From Octopus vulgaris (taxonomy: Eukaryota): 248,000 bases of DNA. The notes under the pieces are model-generated. The model did not search any database. It was given only the letters and a program-made list of their open reading frames with translations, and was not told the DNA's origin. A program made the translations under genes and the position numbers. Where the stretch lies: NCBI GenBank assembly GCA_951406725.2, contig OX597817.1, positions 117,820,001-118,068,000 on the forward strand, read 5' to 3'. Below, piece by piece: positions 226,771 through 241,623 of this stretch (positions are counted from its first letter, which is position 1; each line of letters starts with the position of its first letter).

Positions 226771-229700
226771 GTGTGTGTATGCATATTCTAATAATGATAG
226801 AGTTAGACAGAATTACTTGCAAATAAGTTGATTGACTCCAACATTTAGAAACTTCTGGAAACTAAATTCGCAATATATGGCAGATCTTAACTAGGTTTAC
226901 ATCAGATATTTTCTAATATGCTTATTTTATCTAGTTTTTATAAATTCTTCTTCAAATATATATTATATATTTCTACCGATTATTTACCATTTTTAGGAAG
227001 TAACGCATTGCTCAAGACATCTAATGGCTGCATATACTGAACATTTGACGTATGTAGAAATATTGCATTAGATATATCTCTTTAGCCTGGACTCACAAGA
227101 AATACTTGGTGTGTATTTTTATGTATCTAATTCATTTTAAAGAGTCGGAAGATATTTGGAATTTGATTTGTGGTATTTGCCATATAACTCTCGATCAACC
227201 TCATTGAATAAAATTATATTTAAAAGCCTTCCGCAATTGATTGTCTGCTTTTTCTTCAATGTTTATAACTATAAGTTCTCGATTGGAAACTTCCTCGATA
227301 AATTCAATGAGGGCCATTGTACTATTGCAGGAATATGGTAGTATTTCTAAAACTATTTGATATATATTTTGTAAAATGCCGTCAAATGTAAGACGTGTCA
227401 AGAAATGGAAACTACATCAGGCAGAATTTGTATTTTGAATATCTAGAAACATTGGTTGAGATTGTAAATAAAACTAGTAATCTATTCATTCAAGCAAAGC
227501 GCAATTTTAACTATGACTATAATAAGGATGACTATAATTTTGTAAGTTGGCTATTAAACATATTTGTTTATTAAGTGATTCAAGTTTTAGAATGATATAT
227601 TACAACAGAAATTAGTGTGGAAAAAAAGTATATTTGTAAGGTGCATCCTAGAGCATTTCAAACCTCAGTTTAAAAGCGCAGACAGATAGACTGGTGTAAC
227701 TTAATAGCATGAAGCTAAAACTACCATTCCTCAGTGTGTTGATCGACCGAACATTAAGCATTGCCAGTTTTGTCATGGGTAACAGTTATGGAATATATAT
227801 AACTTGGCAAATAAATGTTATGCTTAAAATGATTTAAACGATTTCATTCGTGTAATACGGAATCTAAAAATGTTATCAATATTTACCAATTTATTTGATT
227901 TGCGTCTCGACTTTTATTTTAAATCTTTCTCTAAATTATCATAGCATGCTAAGAGATAGCTAATAAATTGATTTACATATACATATATCTAGAACAATTT
228001 GTTTCGATCAAAGGTGAATATTTGATCTATGTTTCATTATATCTGTTTATTAAATTCTTTCGCATATCTATATATACATGCTCCATTGTATAATGTATTC
228101 CTCTGGGTCGCGCCTCTTATTAATCATATAATTTATTATACTTTGGTGTTTTGCCTCCCTTGTATGTAGACGTTATCTTCGAAATACATATTATTTACTG
228201 GTTTCCAGTATTTTGATTGATCAGAAGAACATTTGGATAATTAAGAAAGGATTATGTTTATTTATATTATATTGAAATAAGAGACTATCATTGACCAAGT
228301 AATACAAAAATAACTAAGCTGACATTTCAACAACTCGTTTCAAATATTATTTTTTGTGCGAATTATTTTCACTCATGCGATTTTGTAACTGTAATTATCA
228401 TAAGTGTATTGCAATACCTACTCAACGAAAACATTATTGCTATTACAATTTTGAAATAAAGAGCATTTATATTTTCATGTGAGATTATTAATAGTTTCTT
228501 TTGAGAAATGTTATCGTACAGACAAAGCGAAAGAAATACACTGGAAAATCAAACATAATTTTCATGAACTGAAATTTATAATTTTCTTGCTAATGCTGTG
228601 TTATATATAATAACCTGAGCATAGTCTACATATAATTAATATCAAAATAATTCACGACACATATATGTACAATGGCCTGAAATAAAGCAGACAAGAATAA
228701 TATTTTCTAATCTGGCTCATGGTCCGCACTTTTATGTAATGCTTAGTTGATTACGCATTTGACTAGTATTTTATTTTACCAATCCCGAAATCATTAAAGG
228801 CAATATTAACTTTTGTGAGATTTGACCCTAGAAAATAACGTGTATAGAGAACGTCAATTAACAATTTCTGTCCGGGTCTCTAATTATTCTGCCAACTTAC
228901 CGTTTTAAAGTTGATACTAATGATATTTTCTACTGTAAGCATGAAGACAGAGATTTTGTGAAAGAGAGATTCTCAAATCCACCACCGTAAAAGTTGACAG
229001 AAAGACACCAATGATAAGTCAACAAAGGAGCTTGTACATTGTCAGTCTGTCTGCTACAAATAGTAGCAAATCTCTCCCTGAAAATCATCTTAAATAAAAG
229101 CACTAAATAATGTAGTCATAAATACACATAGAAAGTCAGGATTGCCATGGGTATGATATCGCTGATAAAACGACTATTTCATTACATTAGTAAACAATTC
229201 CGAAAACCTTTTTATTCCCCTTGCTTTTTACAGTTAATCCTATCTAATTTGTTAGTACTGACTTCAGAAATACCTGCAATGAACGATTTTCTTACACAGC
229301 GATTCGCTTTTTGCAAAAAGCTGTCTATTTTAACCATTACGGAAATAAGAAACTAACACAAATCAAATACTGCTTTTTTTTTTAACAAGTATATTGTAGA
229401 AAATGTTTAATTACATACCTTAGGATAGATGTTTCCGTGAAACTAACGTTTCAACTACACAATGTGTAAAATTACGCTTTGCTGTTTTGCATGGTCTTGT
229501 ACCTCTTTGTAGACACCAGCCAGACACCAGTAGTAGTCAGCCATCATGTTTGTGTTCCTTTTCTACCTAGTCTCCATTGTCTTGATATATTGGAGGAATC
229601 TTTCTCTTTGTGTATCACTCATTGCACTAAGATTTTCAGAGAAGTACCTCAGATGACTATGCAGGTAAGGCACTTTTGAGCTCATGTCGCAGCCTAATGC

Positions 229701-232700
229701 TCGGAAACGGGTTCACAAGTTCTTCATAATTTGACGATTTCCTGTTTCTTAGCAAGTCGGACACAACCGCACATGCCAGACTTGGATAAACGATGTAACG
229801 CTTAGTCTTAGAAATGAAGCCAGATATATCAATCATGCAAAAGTGACAGTCATCATATTAATTGGTTTCCTCAACACTATGGAGATTCTAAAGCTTAGGT
229901 AATTTCTCTGGTCCCTTATCTACTGTCCCAGTGTTGTGATCCATGTTTTGCACACTATATGTCGTACCCAGGCTCTGTTGTGGCAAGGTAAGGTAAGATT
230001 TCTTCACAAAATATCTGATTTTGTTTTCCTGACTAAGTCAAATACAACATCCACAAATATAGAAGTCACGAAAGCTGTTTTCGCATTTTCGTCTCTCTTA
230101 CCTGGCGCCATTTTCCTAGCAACAAAACATATATACATGCTAGTTGTTACCTGAGAAAAGCATTTATAGGATTGTCAAGATTACAAAGTAAGTAACTGCT
230201 GGTATGTGATGGTAAAGCTCCATAAAGGGAATACATACTATGAAGGTTTTCCTACCGTTCTTTGACTATGCTTGACAGAAGTGATATTGATTTATGTGAC
230301 CTGACACCTGCAAGAGTGCATTCGAAGTAGCGATTCTCATAAGAAATTGGTAAAGTTTCAACAAAATATATCCCTTCTGGTTTCCAATGATAGCCACACA
230401 ATGTCAAGTACAGCGGGCGCATATCTGCCAACAAATATAGCTAATACCACAAATATGAGACGTACATGATGTCGAGGATTACAAAAACATGCTGGTTGTA
230501 AAATCTTATAGTATAGAAGACATTTCTCTTATCAATCTAAGATTCAAAAGTGGTTAGGCTGAAAATAGTGACAGTGGCTCAGGATTGATGATTTGTTTTT
230601 CTTTTTAATTTACTGAAGATACTTATATAATGACATTTACTTTTACATTTGTAGTTGCATTTACTTTAAATTATGTGGAACAATTGTTAAGTCACAGTTA
230701 TATCAAGCTCCATATAAGGGTCTGCAATTGATTAAGCTAAATCTAGGCTTAGAAAGGTGACAATACCGGAAATGTTGAACAGTAGACATTTGAGCTTGGG
230801 AAAGGTCAGGACGGGATAGAGCAAAGAGGATTTCAATTTTGAAATCATCAATCCAACATTACTAGGAAACATGTCTCTAATATCAGTGAGCAAAAACGGT
230901 TTTGCCCAGTGTTATCGTTTTGGTGGAGCTAGAAAAAAGTAACAGAAACAAATCTAAGAGTACACGCAAGCTTCAGCCACCGATGCCAACATACAATAAT
231001 CACTGGTTTCACGTTTTTTATTTTCTTAATTCCAGGCTGCTCTTTCTAACGTAGTGTGTTGTATACTTGTCATGTAAAGATTGAAATGTTTCATATATTG
231101 GATATGCTCATAAAATTAAGTATTGTAATAACATATAATAGTAGTAAGATATATTCACATTCTCAAGGACTGCATGTAATTATTACACAGGAGTCTAAAA
231201 GTTATAATTAACACTACTATTACTATTACCACAAGCTGTCTTGAGTAATTTATTTTAAAATTTATTTATGAAAGCACACGCACATACATAAAAACATACA
231301 TACATACATACATAAACACATACATACATACATACATACATACATACATACATACACGTTCACAGACAGAGAGACCGTTACAAGGAGAATACACATGAAC
231401 TGCATGGCACCTTAGACATGTAAAATCAATACAGCATTTTTACGAAGAGAAAGAAAATAAAATGTAGGAAAATATGCCCTAGCAGTGTTTCTTATTTGTT
231501 GTATAGTGTTTTCAAAATTTTTGGAATATATTTCATATGCGTAAAGCTTCCAAATGTTTTTAAAGCAACATATAGTTTGACCAAGTATTACTTTTAATTG
231601 ATGGATGATATTAATGAGGAAATTTAATATAGTTGTACAACTCATGAATCAGGAAATTTTATATATTTATCATATCATTAATCAAATTAGGGCAATAATG
231701 TCAGTATAGCCTCAGGGTATTTTACTGCGAAATATAGTTATAAATAATTATCTTGCAATTTATTGCAATATATAAAAAGCCATGATGCAAAAACATTTTC
231801 AATATCCGTTAGGTACTGGATTCCCTTGCAAAATATAGTTGTAAAATATTTAATGTATTATATTTACGTACTATTTCTTGGTAATCAACACTTCTTAAAA
231901 AAACTATTTTCAATTAGTAGCACTTTCAAGAAAGTGCAAGAAAGAAAATAACATCGCGGTTATTGCGAACGATTCTTAACTAAAGGATGTGATAATTTGA
232001 AAACAATCAAATATTATTTGTCACAAAGATTATTTACTTGGTTACAGGCAATCTGATAATTGTTTACTGGTAAGAATATTAATATGGGTAAGTATCGCTT
232101 TTATTGGGGCTCATCCTTAATGTGTGGAATACTGAAGCATGCATATCGAAAATAGTTGTTACATATCGAAAATAGTTGCCAATCGTTATTGATCAGTGTA
232201 AATTCCATACATAAGCAATAAGGTTTAATAATTGCAGCGAGGACAGTAGTGTGGTAACTGGGAACTGTTTATGATTCTCGCAGAAAAGAGTGCGAATCCT
232301 TAAAGAAATCAGAAATGAATCTAATAACATTTATATACATGCTTAGTGTATCATCCAATTTTAGTTTACTGGTGAGGAGAAAGCTACAGCTATGTTTGAA
232401 TTTTATAGGACTTTGTCAAATGCATAAATCTATACAGAGGCTTTCTGTTATCAATTATTGACAGTTTCAAGCCTGCGAGCTGGCAAAAACGTTAGCACCC
232501 CGGGCATAATACTTAGCGACATTTTGACTGTCTTTACGTTCTAATTTCAAATTCCGCCTAGGTCGACCTTGCCTTTCATCCTTTCGGGGTCGATAAATTA
232601 AGTACCGGTTGCGTGCTGGGGTCGTTCTACTCGATTGTACCCCTTCCCCAAACTGTCGGGCATTGTGCCTAGAGTAGAAAAGAATTATTAATAGTTTCAA

Positions 232701-235700
232701 GGTAGCGAGCTAGGCAGAAAAGTTTAACACGGCGAGCGAAATACTTAGCGGTATTTCGCTTGTCTTTACATTCTAATTTCAAATTCCGCCCAGGTCGACC
232801 TTGCCTTTCATCCTTTCGGGGTCGATATATTAAGTACCGGTTGGGTGCTGGGGTCGATCTAATCGACTGGACCTTTCCCAGAACTTGTGGGCCTTCTATC
232901 TAGAGTAGAAAAGAATTATTGACAGTCCCCCTACATATAGAAAAAGGGCTACAAATTATTTTAGCCAGAGTAATTGTACATACATAAATAATCAAATAGA
233001 GTAGAAAATAATTTAAAGTCAGTACTGGCACAATTTTAAATAGATAATTTAAAGGAATGACGTGCAAATGAAAGAAAATAATTCAAATTTCCTTCTTAGT
233101 TTTCAAAATTAAAAAAAATTAACGATGATTTTTAAGTGACGCTCACAAAAGGGGGAGCTAATCTGAAGATATTAAGTATCATTTTTAGAAAATTAATTTG
233201 AATATTCACGATTAAATCTTAAGTTTAGAATAGAATTTCATTTTTCTTTATAAATATCTATAAACATTTCATTTTGCTTTCAAACATTTTCCCAATAGGA
233301 AGTCCGGTGTGAAAGGAATTACTGTAAAGGATTCGTTTGATAGCATTTCGCAGTTTTAGTTTGAGATTGATAGAAAGAATTCGATTCAGGCAAAATCATA
233401 GATTGGTAAAGAAGTAGGATTTCATTTAGGTAGACATTAACTCTGAAACATGAAAACATCCATTTGGAAAAGAATTAAATCAATGCAAGTATAGTAATAT
233501 GTTTTGACTTATTAAAGTTGTATCTTTTCGTTTTGAGATACTTGTGTTATGCAAATGAAAATGCACAATTGGTATATCCTTCATCTTTTATATGGGATAT
233601 ATACAATTGTGTTTAATATACGATCTTGGTAAATGATGCATCTAAAACAACTTTCACATACGCAAATATTTCGATTTGTATGTTGAAATCAACTTGTTAA
233701 TAGTGTAGCATGAATAAGATTCTCACTCGTCCACAATAACGTTAAACCTTTTCCTTCTTTAAGTGTATAAATCAATGCCATGTTAATGTGATTGTAAAAC
233801 AACTTCTTATAATAGTGCCTAAAACATGTATATATAAACTTGTGTGTATGCATATGTCCATATACGTATGTATGAATAATACGATCTTTACTTTAATACC
233901 GTCCGTCGTCTATGTCCTATTTTTGGAAACCTTGCGCTGTTGCAAAAAGTTATTATGATCTCATAGTTGTGATTCAAGTGGACTTTGAACTTAGAAGTTA
234001 GTAGAGGAATTATTTCCTAGCTCAGAAAGAAATGCAATACTTGTGACAGATCTTGTGCTATGTTAGATATGCCAGCCCACCAGATATCTCCAGTGATGTT
234101 GAAACAAAGTATGAATAGAAACCATAGGAGTCCTAGTTGAAGAAAATGATATAATAATTATAGACACATATCAAACTAAGCCTCAAATTAATTCTTCTGA
234201 TATACCTTATCCACCTACACTATTCTCTGTATTGAAGTTTTGAATACAAATTGATATATGCACAATATAGACCTGCTCTTACAATCACTCATCCCTAACA
234301 CTAGAGATAAAACAATCCACTGGCTCTAAAACAAATTCTCCTTAAAGTTGTCCGAAATTGGTAACGTTTTAGGTGCTTTGGGGCCAACTACAACGGCCAA
234401 GAATTATTTGACAGCATAGAGTACATCGATCTTGAATCATATTCTCCCGCAGTTTTGTTCTTTACTAATGCTGGTAAATTCTTTAGATCTCTCTCTCTCT
234501 CTCACTCATCCCATATTGATCCTTCGTTACCACTATAGAACGTGGATCTTTCGAAACCTTTAACGCCTACACTATGTACATTCATTAATTGCATTTATAA
234601 CCAGTACGTAGTCACAGAAAACAGCTTTAGTGTCTTTTTGACCTTCTAGCGCAATATCTATCAAACTATTATGGGTTCATCTGTTGTCAATTCACATCTG
234701 GTCTTACATAAATTCAAAATGCGCACTTATATCCAAGAAAAATCCATAAATCAGACAATTAAGCTTTTTCTGATTCTGGAAGAATGTGAGATAAATAGTC
234801 GGTGCTCCGAAAGTTCTGTGCTACATAACATTTGAAACCCACACCCTTTGTCTACAAATGACCGGAAGAAGTTAGCGTGATAATTAAAACCATGCTGCAA
234901 AAGAAGTGACCCATACTCTATAAACATCAACAATCTGCATACATCGTCCAATGTGGTGCACTCTAAAATTTCAGATATAGAACATCATCTACACGGATCA
235001 AAACAAATGATCTATCTCCATACAATAGAAAATATTTACGCACAACTGCATCCCCTGGAAAAAAAAAAACATTACACGAATCCTGAAGATTCTTTATGAG
235101 CATTAGAGGCAACTTGAGGATACCCACCTCTCAATTTTAGCCGATTATTTCGATCTCTGTCGAAAAGTATCGAAACTATATAGTTTGCCAAAATGTATTA
235201 AAGTTATCAATATCAAACCTGGTACAAGTTGTACAATACTAAATAACTGATTATTGTCGAACTAATTAAAGTCGCATTGAGGGAAATGTATATTCTACGT
235301 GATAGTACATTTGTAGTCCAAATCACAGTGAGAAAACTTTGCCATCCAAAAAAAAAAAAAGAAAATTACTTAATACCGTTTTTTTATTTGCCGTTGCACT
235401 CTTTAGTTATAAAGGCATTATAACATCTGATGCAGGATCTGAATAAAACCAGATACCAATATTTATGTTGTAATGGACGGAAAAATATGTGAGATGTTTA
235501 TAATGGAGTGGATTCTCCCAACAACCATGCATCCTTTCTATCAAAGAGTAGAATTAGTATTTGTTATCCAGTAATCAATTGCTGAATCATTATATTATAT
235601 GATCTAATGGTTCTGCATATACTAATTCTGAAAAACTTGAATTTTACAAATAAGAAATTAAATTAATATAATGAAATGAGATCATGCTCTAAAAACCGTA

Positions 235701-235955
235701 ATGATTTATTAGATAATTGTAGATTTAATGGAAAAAAAGAAAATAATAGGCAAAATTTTTCATTGTGTTAGTCCTAACACATTATAAGCCTCACTTGTGC
235801 ATTGCATGTGAAACAACCGATAAAGTTGCTGCAGCAATCTGAACTGATCTCAATATTGAGTGAAATACGGATAGTAGCATCAGTAAGCGTATATTCATAT
235901 ATGTGAATACATATATATAAATATCGTATTAATACTGATATATGAATACAATATG

Positions 235956-236015
<60 letters not shown>

Positions 236016-236818
236016 GAATATATATATATATATATATATACATAAGTTCATACGTATATGTACATACATCTATACGTATATCTATGAATATGTTAGCACA
236101 GGACGTCACGAAACGTGTACAGCAAAAAGTACGAAGTACGAGTACATGGAATATGAACTATTCTTTCGAACAACGAAACACACAAATGGAAACCAATATA
236201 AACAACATAAAGTACAACACGACATCAGTTTTTGGCAGTTTTCTAGTTTCGTATTTCCAGGAGTTAACAACAATAAACGCTTTCGATAAAACAGTTGCTC
236301 CCGCAAAGCAAATTAAATACAATTTGGAAATTTTTGCGAAGGGTGAACATTGGTAACCAAAACAGGACAGTGAAAACAAATAAGAAGGGCTCCTATGCCC
236401 CAAAGAGATTGTGGCGGTGAACCCGTAAACGCGTAAATCAAGCTTGCACAGCAGACATACAAGAACACGTCTTCCTGCATGCATACATACATACATTGAG
236501 CGATTGATACAATATATGTAATTCTTTATGTACATATGCATATATTTATATATAAATATATATATGTGGCTACAATCCTGTATGTTTTCTATTGTATTGT
236601 GGTTTTCTTTCAATGGTGGGGTCCTGGGTTCCGACAACGAGAGAGCACTTTGAAATCAGTATTCAATATATACGTAATAAGAAGGAACTGCCGTTGGAGT
236701 ATAGTGTCGATATCACAGCATTTATACCTAAATCAACCTCATTTTCTAATTGGACCTCTTATTCCCTCTTCCTCTTTCTGTACAAATATACACACACATG
236801 AGTAGACACACATATGTA

Positions 236819-236857
<39 letters not shown>

Positions 236858-237299
236858 AAAAAAAGAAGTTCGAAAATGCTGCTATAGTACACAAATTTTT
236901 AATTTTTATATATACATTATAACATGTTTCGGTTCTTGAGAACCTTATCAAAAAAAGTTATATATAAAAAAAGATAGTTAATGCTATCAAATATAAAAAA
237001 TTCATTTATAATATACAATAGAGTCAGACATCAAAAGTTCATATATCGTGAAGTGAGTTCGTTCATGCTATATGTTTAGAGAGTATGATGTAGAGGTTCA
237101 TAGTGGTGATATGCATTCAATATAAAAAAATAGATCAAAATGGTGATATGCAGTCAATATAAAAAATTTAGATTTTACCTTGAGGAACTGTGATGACTTT
237201 TGGTCGGTGTTCGCTGGATCGTTCTGGTGAACCTTGTGAATTGTTTGGGTTTTATATCACCTGTTAGGTGGCCAGTCCAGCGTAACGTGACGTCATCAA

Positions 237300-237505
237300 C
237301 GTTTTGACCAATCGTTTCTTTAGGTGGCTTAGTCAAGTAGAACGGGACGTCATTAATATTCCGACCAATCCCGACCTATAGCTGTATTAGATCTGTCCCT
237401 TGTCTGTGTCCTGTTTTGACCAATCGTTTCGTCAGGTGGCTTAGTCAAGCAGAACGGGACGTCATCAATATTCTGACCAATCCCGACCTATAGCTGTATT
237501 AGATC
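237300..237505. repeat. Tandem duplication of a ~105-115-bp unit
   Basis: ttttgaccaatcgtttc...tagctgtattagatctg occurs twice. Confidence 0.8.
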
Positions 237506-237511
237506 TGCTCC

Positions 237512-237559
<48 letters not shown>

Positions 237560-239284
237560 GTATTTAACAAATTAATAAATAAAACATATGCATATATACA
237601 TACGTATACGTACGTACCTACATCTACATGTATATATATACATGCATATATGTACGTACCTATATCTACATGTATATATACATGCATATATGGGTACAGG
237701 ACACCACAAAAACGTCGAACACAATGAGAAACGAAAACATAAACACAAAACCAAGGAAAGGGACATTTTTCTTAAACAACGAAAAAATAGATTACAGGAC
237801 ATAGAACACAAGGAAAATTCCCCTTCTTCAGTCGCCTCTGTTTCATCTACTCCGCATTTTGAAGGTAAAGGCGAGACACGACTTCGTTGAAACATTCCTT
237901 CCCGCAAAAAGCAAATTAAATAAAATTTGAGATTTTTTTGTGGATGAGTAAAAATGGTAACAAAAACAGGACAGTAAAGACAAGCCCTCCTTGTCCGTGT
238001 TACTGTTATTCTCCTTGTCCTGTATTTTACTGTTTATATTTTGTACTGTCTTTACTGTCCTGTTTTTGTTACCATTTTGATCCTGTGGACCCCATTGGCC
238101 GCAAGAGATCTGGTTTTTTCTGGTGATAGTTGAGAGACGTCCCCCCAAGTGACACTCGTGCCTGCAGCCACGCCACATTAAAAAGAACTGCCCCCAGGAC
238201 CATGGTAAGTTCCTGCAAGAGTCACTGGATGCTACCTCCCCTACCCGGTCAAAGGGAGAGGTGGATGTGTTTGAGGAGGCTTAAGCCTCCTCAAACCAAA
238301 GGGGATTTAAAAGGAAGAAGGCGGGCGACAATGGTTGCCCGCCGAAGGACGCTAAGGCTTCGGGACGTGGGGGTGAGACTCCGGACAAAGCGGAAGAGCT
238401 CCATCCTCCCGAAGTCAGGAAGAAAAGAAAAAAAAGAAAGTAGAAGAACGGGTCATTGTAGGTGGAAGATGATGTACCATCTGCATATCCCGATGGTGTG
238501 CCACCCACGGTGGAAGAAACGAGCACCACACTTAAAGATGATGAATTAATTATATTTTTCTACAAGGACGGGGAGGTGAAAAATAGTAGAACATAAAGAG
238601 GCAGTAGATATGGCCTTCACACGGGATCCCGAATGGCCTCCGCAGATAGCTGTGGAGGTCATAAGGTTTCCCTTGTGGAAAAGGCTTAAATGATTTAGGG
238701 AGGGGTGTTACATATGGCCGGGTGGCCCTTACACTGCAATGACTTACATGTCCTACATGAGTGAGGCATGGAAAATGGCAGGATATAGGGACTCAAGTGG
238801 CATTGGAGATAATGACGGATATATTGATGGATATATCGATGAGTAGGAGATGAAAAAGCCTCGTTAGAGTGTTTGAAACATCATCTTATTGTATTATTTG
238901 CAGTGGTTTATAACCTCAAATGTGTTTAAAAAACATGTTAAGTAAGAGGTTTTAGTGCCTCCTTCTTGTAAGAGGTTTCAAACCTCATATTGATTTTTTA
239001 AATGAAGCAAGTATGTTTTCAAGAAAAATCCAATCGGCGGCTGTTCGGTTTCGTCTCTCATTTATTCATTTTATTTCATTTTCATTCATTGTGTTTGTCC
239101 AGCCCGCAGCTACTCTTTATGGCAAATAAAATGAATGAAATAAAGTAGCTTGCTTACCAACCTCACGGTTCTGGGTTCAGTCCTACTGCGTGGCACCTTC
239201 GGCATGTGTCTTCTACTGTAGCATCGAGCCGACTAAGACCTTGTGAGTGGATTTGGTAGACGGAAACTGAAAGAAGCACTCGTA

Positions 239285-239344
<60 letters not shown>

Positions 239345-239348
<4 letters not shown>

Positions 239349-239506
239349 ATTTTTTTCTCTCCTTGCTTTTTTTGTGTCCCTATCTGGAGCGTAGGCTCGA
239401 AACGTAAAAGACCTTTTCTATTCCTGAGCGTTATAGTTATACATCTGTTTGTTTTGTACACCACCTCTCTTCGTCTTTTCTTTTTTCGTAAACTTTCCGT
239501 ATATAT

Positions 239507-239594
<88 letters not shown>

Positions 239595-239770
239595 GTATGT
239601 ATATATATATATATATACGGAAAGTTTACGAAAAAAGAAAAGACGAAGAGAGGTGGTGTACAAAACAAACAGATGTATAACTATAACGCTCAGGAATAGA
239701 AAAGGTCTTTTACGTTTCGAGCCTACGCTCCAGATAGGGACAAAAAAAAAGCAAGGAGAGAAAAAAATGT
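239345..239770. repeat. Near-perfect inverted repeat (~155-bp arms) around (TA)n; the arms contain family D stem II/GAAA
   Basis: 239345-239505 is the reverse complement of 239612-239770. Confidence 0.85.
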
Positions 239771-239833
<63 letters not shown>

Positions 239834-240097
239834 AAATTAATATGTCACCATTATTCAATAGCCAAGATAAAACTCTGATTTTCGGATGCCGAAGTGGAAA
239901 TCCACAGCAACATCTTTTCGGTTAGATGGCCACATAACCGAAGAGATGGTGTTGTGGATTTCCACTTCGGCATCCAAAACTCAGAGTTTTATCTTGGCTA
240001 TTGTATAATTGTAACATATTATTTTATAGATAAATTTTTTCTATTTACATAATATTGAGATCTCTTTCTTTCATTTGTTGTCTTACCGTTTTTACCA

Positions 240098-240159
<62 letters not shown>

Positions 240160-240709
240160 ATGTTTGTGTGTCGGTATTTGTCTCCCAACATCGCTTGACA
240201 TTGGATGTTGGTGTGTTTATATACCCGTAACTTAGCGGTTCGGCAAAAGAGACCGATAGAATAAGTACTAGGCTTACAAAGAATAAGTCCAGGGGTCGAT
240301 TTGCTCTTCTAAAGGCGGTGCTCCAGCATGGCCGCAGTCAAATGACTGAAATAAGTAAAAGAGTAAAAGATTAAGATTATTTGTACAAATTTGTTTTCAA
240401 ACGCAGCTTTTTGTTGCTGACCTATGCATCCTTTCCTAAATTCATACGAATAACCTCAAAGGCCTGACGCACCCGTACTCACATATAGACATATATTGAT
240501 ATAATGTACCTATATATATATATATATATATAAAATTACAAATTGAGATAGGGGCTGTGAGTGCAACCCACTATGGGATAACATGTATCCAATATACTGC
240601 TAGTAAAGCACCCAACAAAGTTAATACATAAATGTTAAGAATTGCGATGCAATTAGTTCATTCACTGTATTATATGGGCAAAGGTAAAATGTTTTACCAC
240701 AAATTAATA

Positions 240710-241102
240710 ATACAAAATAAGAAAATGGAGAAATGCATCTTAATCAATAATCAACTACCAGATAATACCCAATCATATAATTTATTAAACCACTACATAT
240801 GAACATTAATGTCAAACATAATAATATAGAAGAAAACAAGGTACATCAATGAGTAATAAGATACCATAAGTACAGTATGTATAAGTGAATATAAATAAAT
240901 ACAAATATAAATATAAACTACATTTTACAGCTGTTTCAGCCATGCAGATATGGGTGCCTCATTATGCTCATATTAGCCATGCGTGGTAGGTTCATATGTA
241001 GTTATAAATGAGACACTTACAAAAATATCCCAAGGCCTCTTCAGAGATTATGAAGAACAAACTAAATAGAACATATGTATGTATATTGTTGTATATTATT
241101 AT

Positions 241103-241137
<35 letters not shown>

Positions 241138-241590
241138 AGGAGTATGGGTATATGCACTCATATGTATGTGTATATTATATATTATGGGTATGTACCCACT
241201 CTTGTATGGGTGTACCTCCTCTGATTTTCCTATTTAATTTAGTTTGTTCTTCATAATCTCTGAAGAGGCCTTGGGATATTTTTGTAAGTGTCTCATTTAT
241301 AACTACATATTAACCTATCACACATGGCTAATATGAGCATAATGAGGCACCCTTATCTGCATGGCTGAAACAGCTGTAAGATGTAGTTTATATTTATATT
241401 TGTATTTATTTATATTCACTTATCCATGTTGTAATTATTGTATCTTATTACTCATTGATGTACATTGTTTTGTTCTATATTATTATGTTTGACCTTAATG
241501 TTCATATGTAGTGGGTTAATAAATTATGTGATTGCGTATTATCTAGTAGTTGATTATTGATTAAGATGTATTTCTCCATTTTCTTATTTT
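240710..241590. repeat. Fold-back element with ~350-bp inverted arms, each carrying an HHR
   Basis: 240710-241060 vs 241235-241590, ~90% reverse-complement similarity. Confidence 0.82.
241256..241382 (+). ncRNA. Type I HHR with ~92-nt stem II loop (canonical core)
   Basis: ATCT-CTGAAGA-GGCC(loop)GGCT-GAAA-CAGCTG-TA-AGAT. A minus-strand twin lies at 240922-241048. Confidence 0.65.
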
Positions 241591-241591
241591 G

Positions 241592-241623
<32 letters not shown>

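Noticed and set aside
237818-237890. Minus-strand TGTC/TCGCCT...GAAACA-GAGGCGA-CTGAAGA with HHR-like pairings
   Set aside because: The element order fits no type I/II/III topology and there is no stem II closing onto GAAA.
238130-238870. GC-richer segment with ORFs of 82-139 aa
   Set aside because: It has no diagnostic motif I can recognise and is probably a degraded retroelement fragment; left uncalled.
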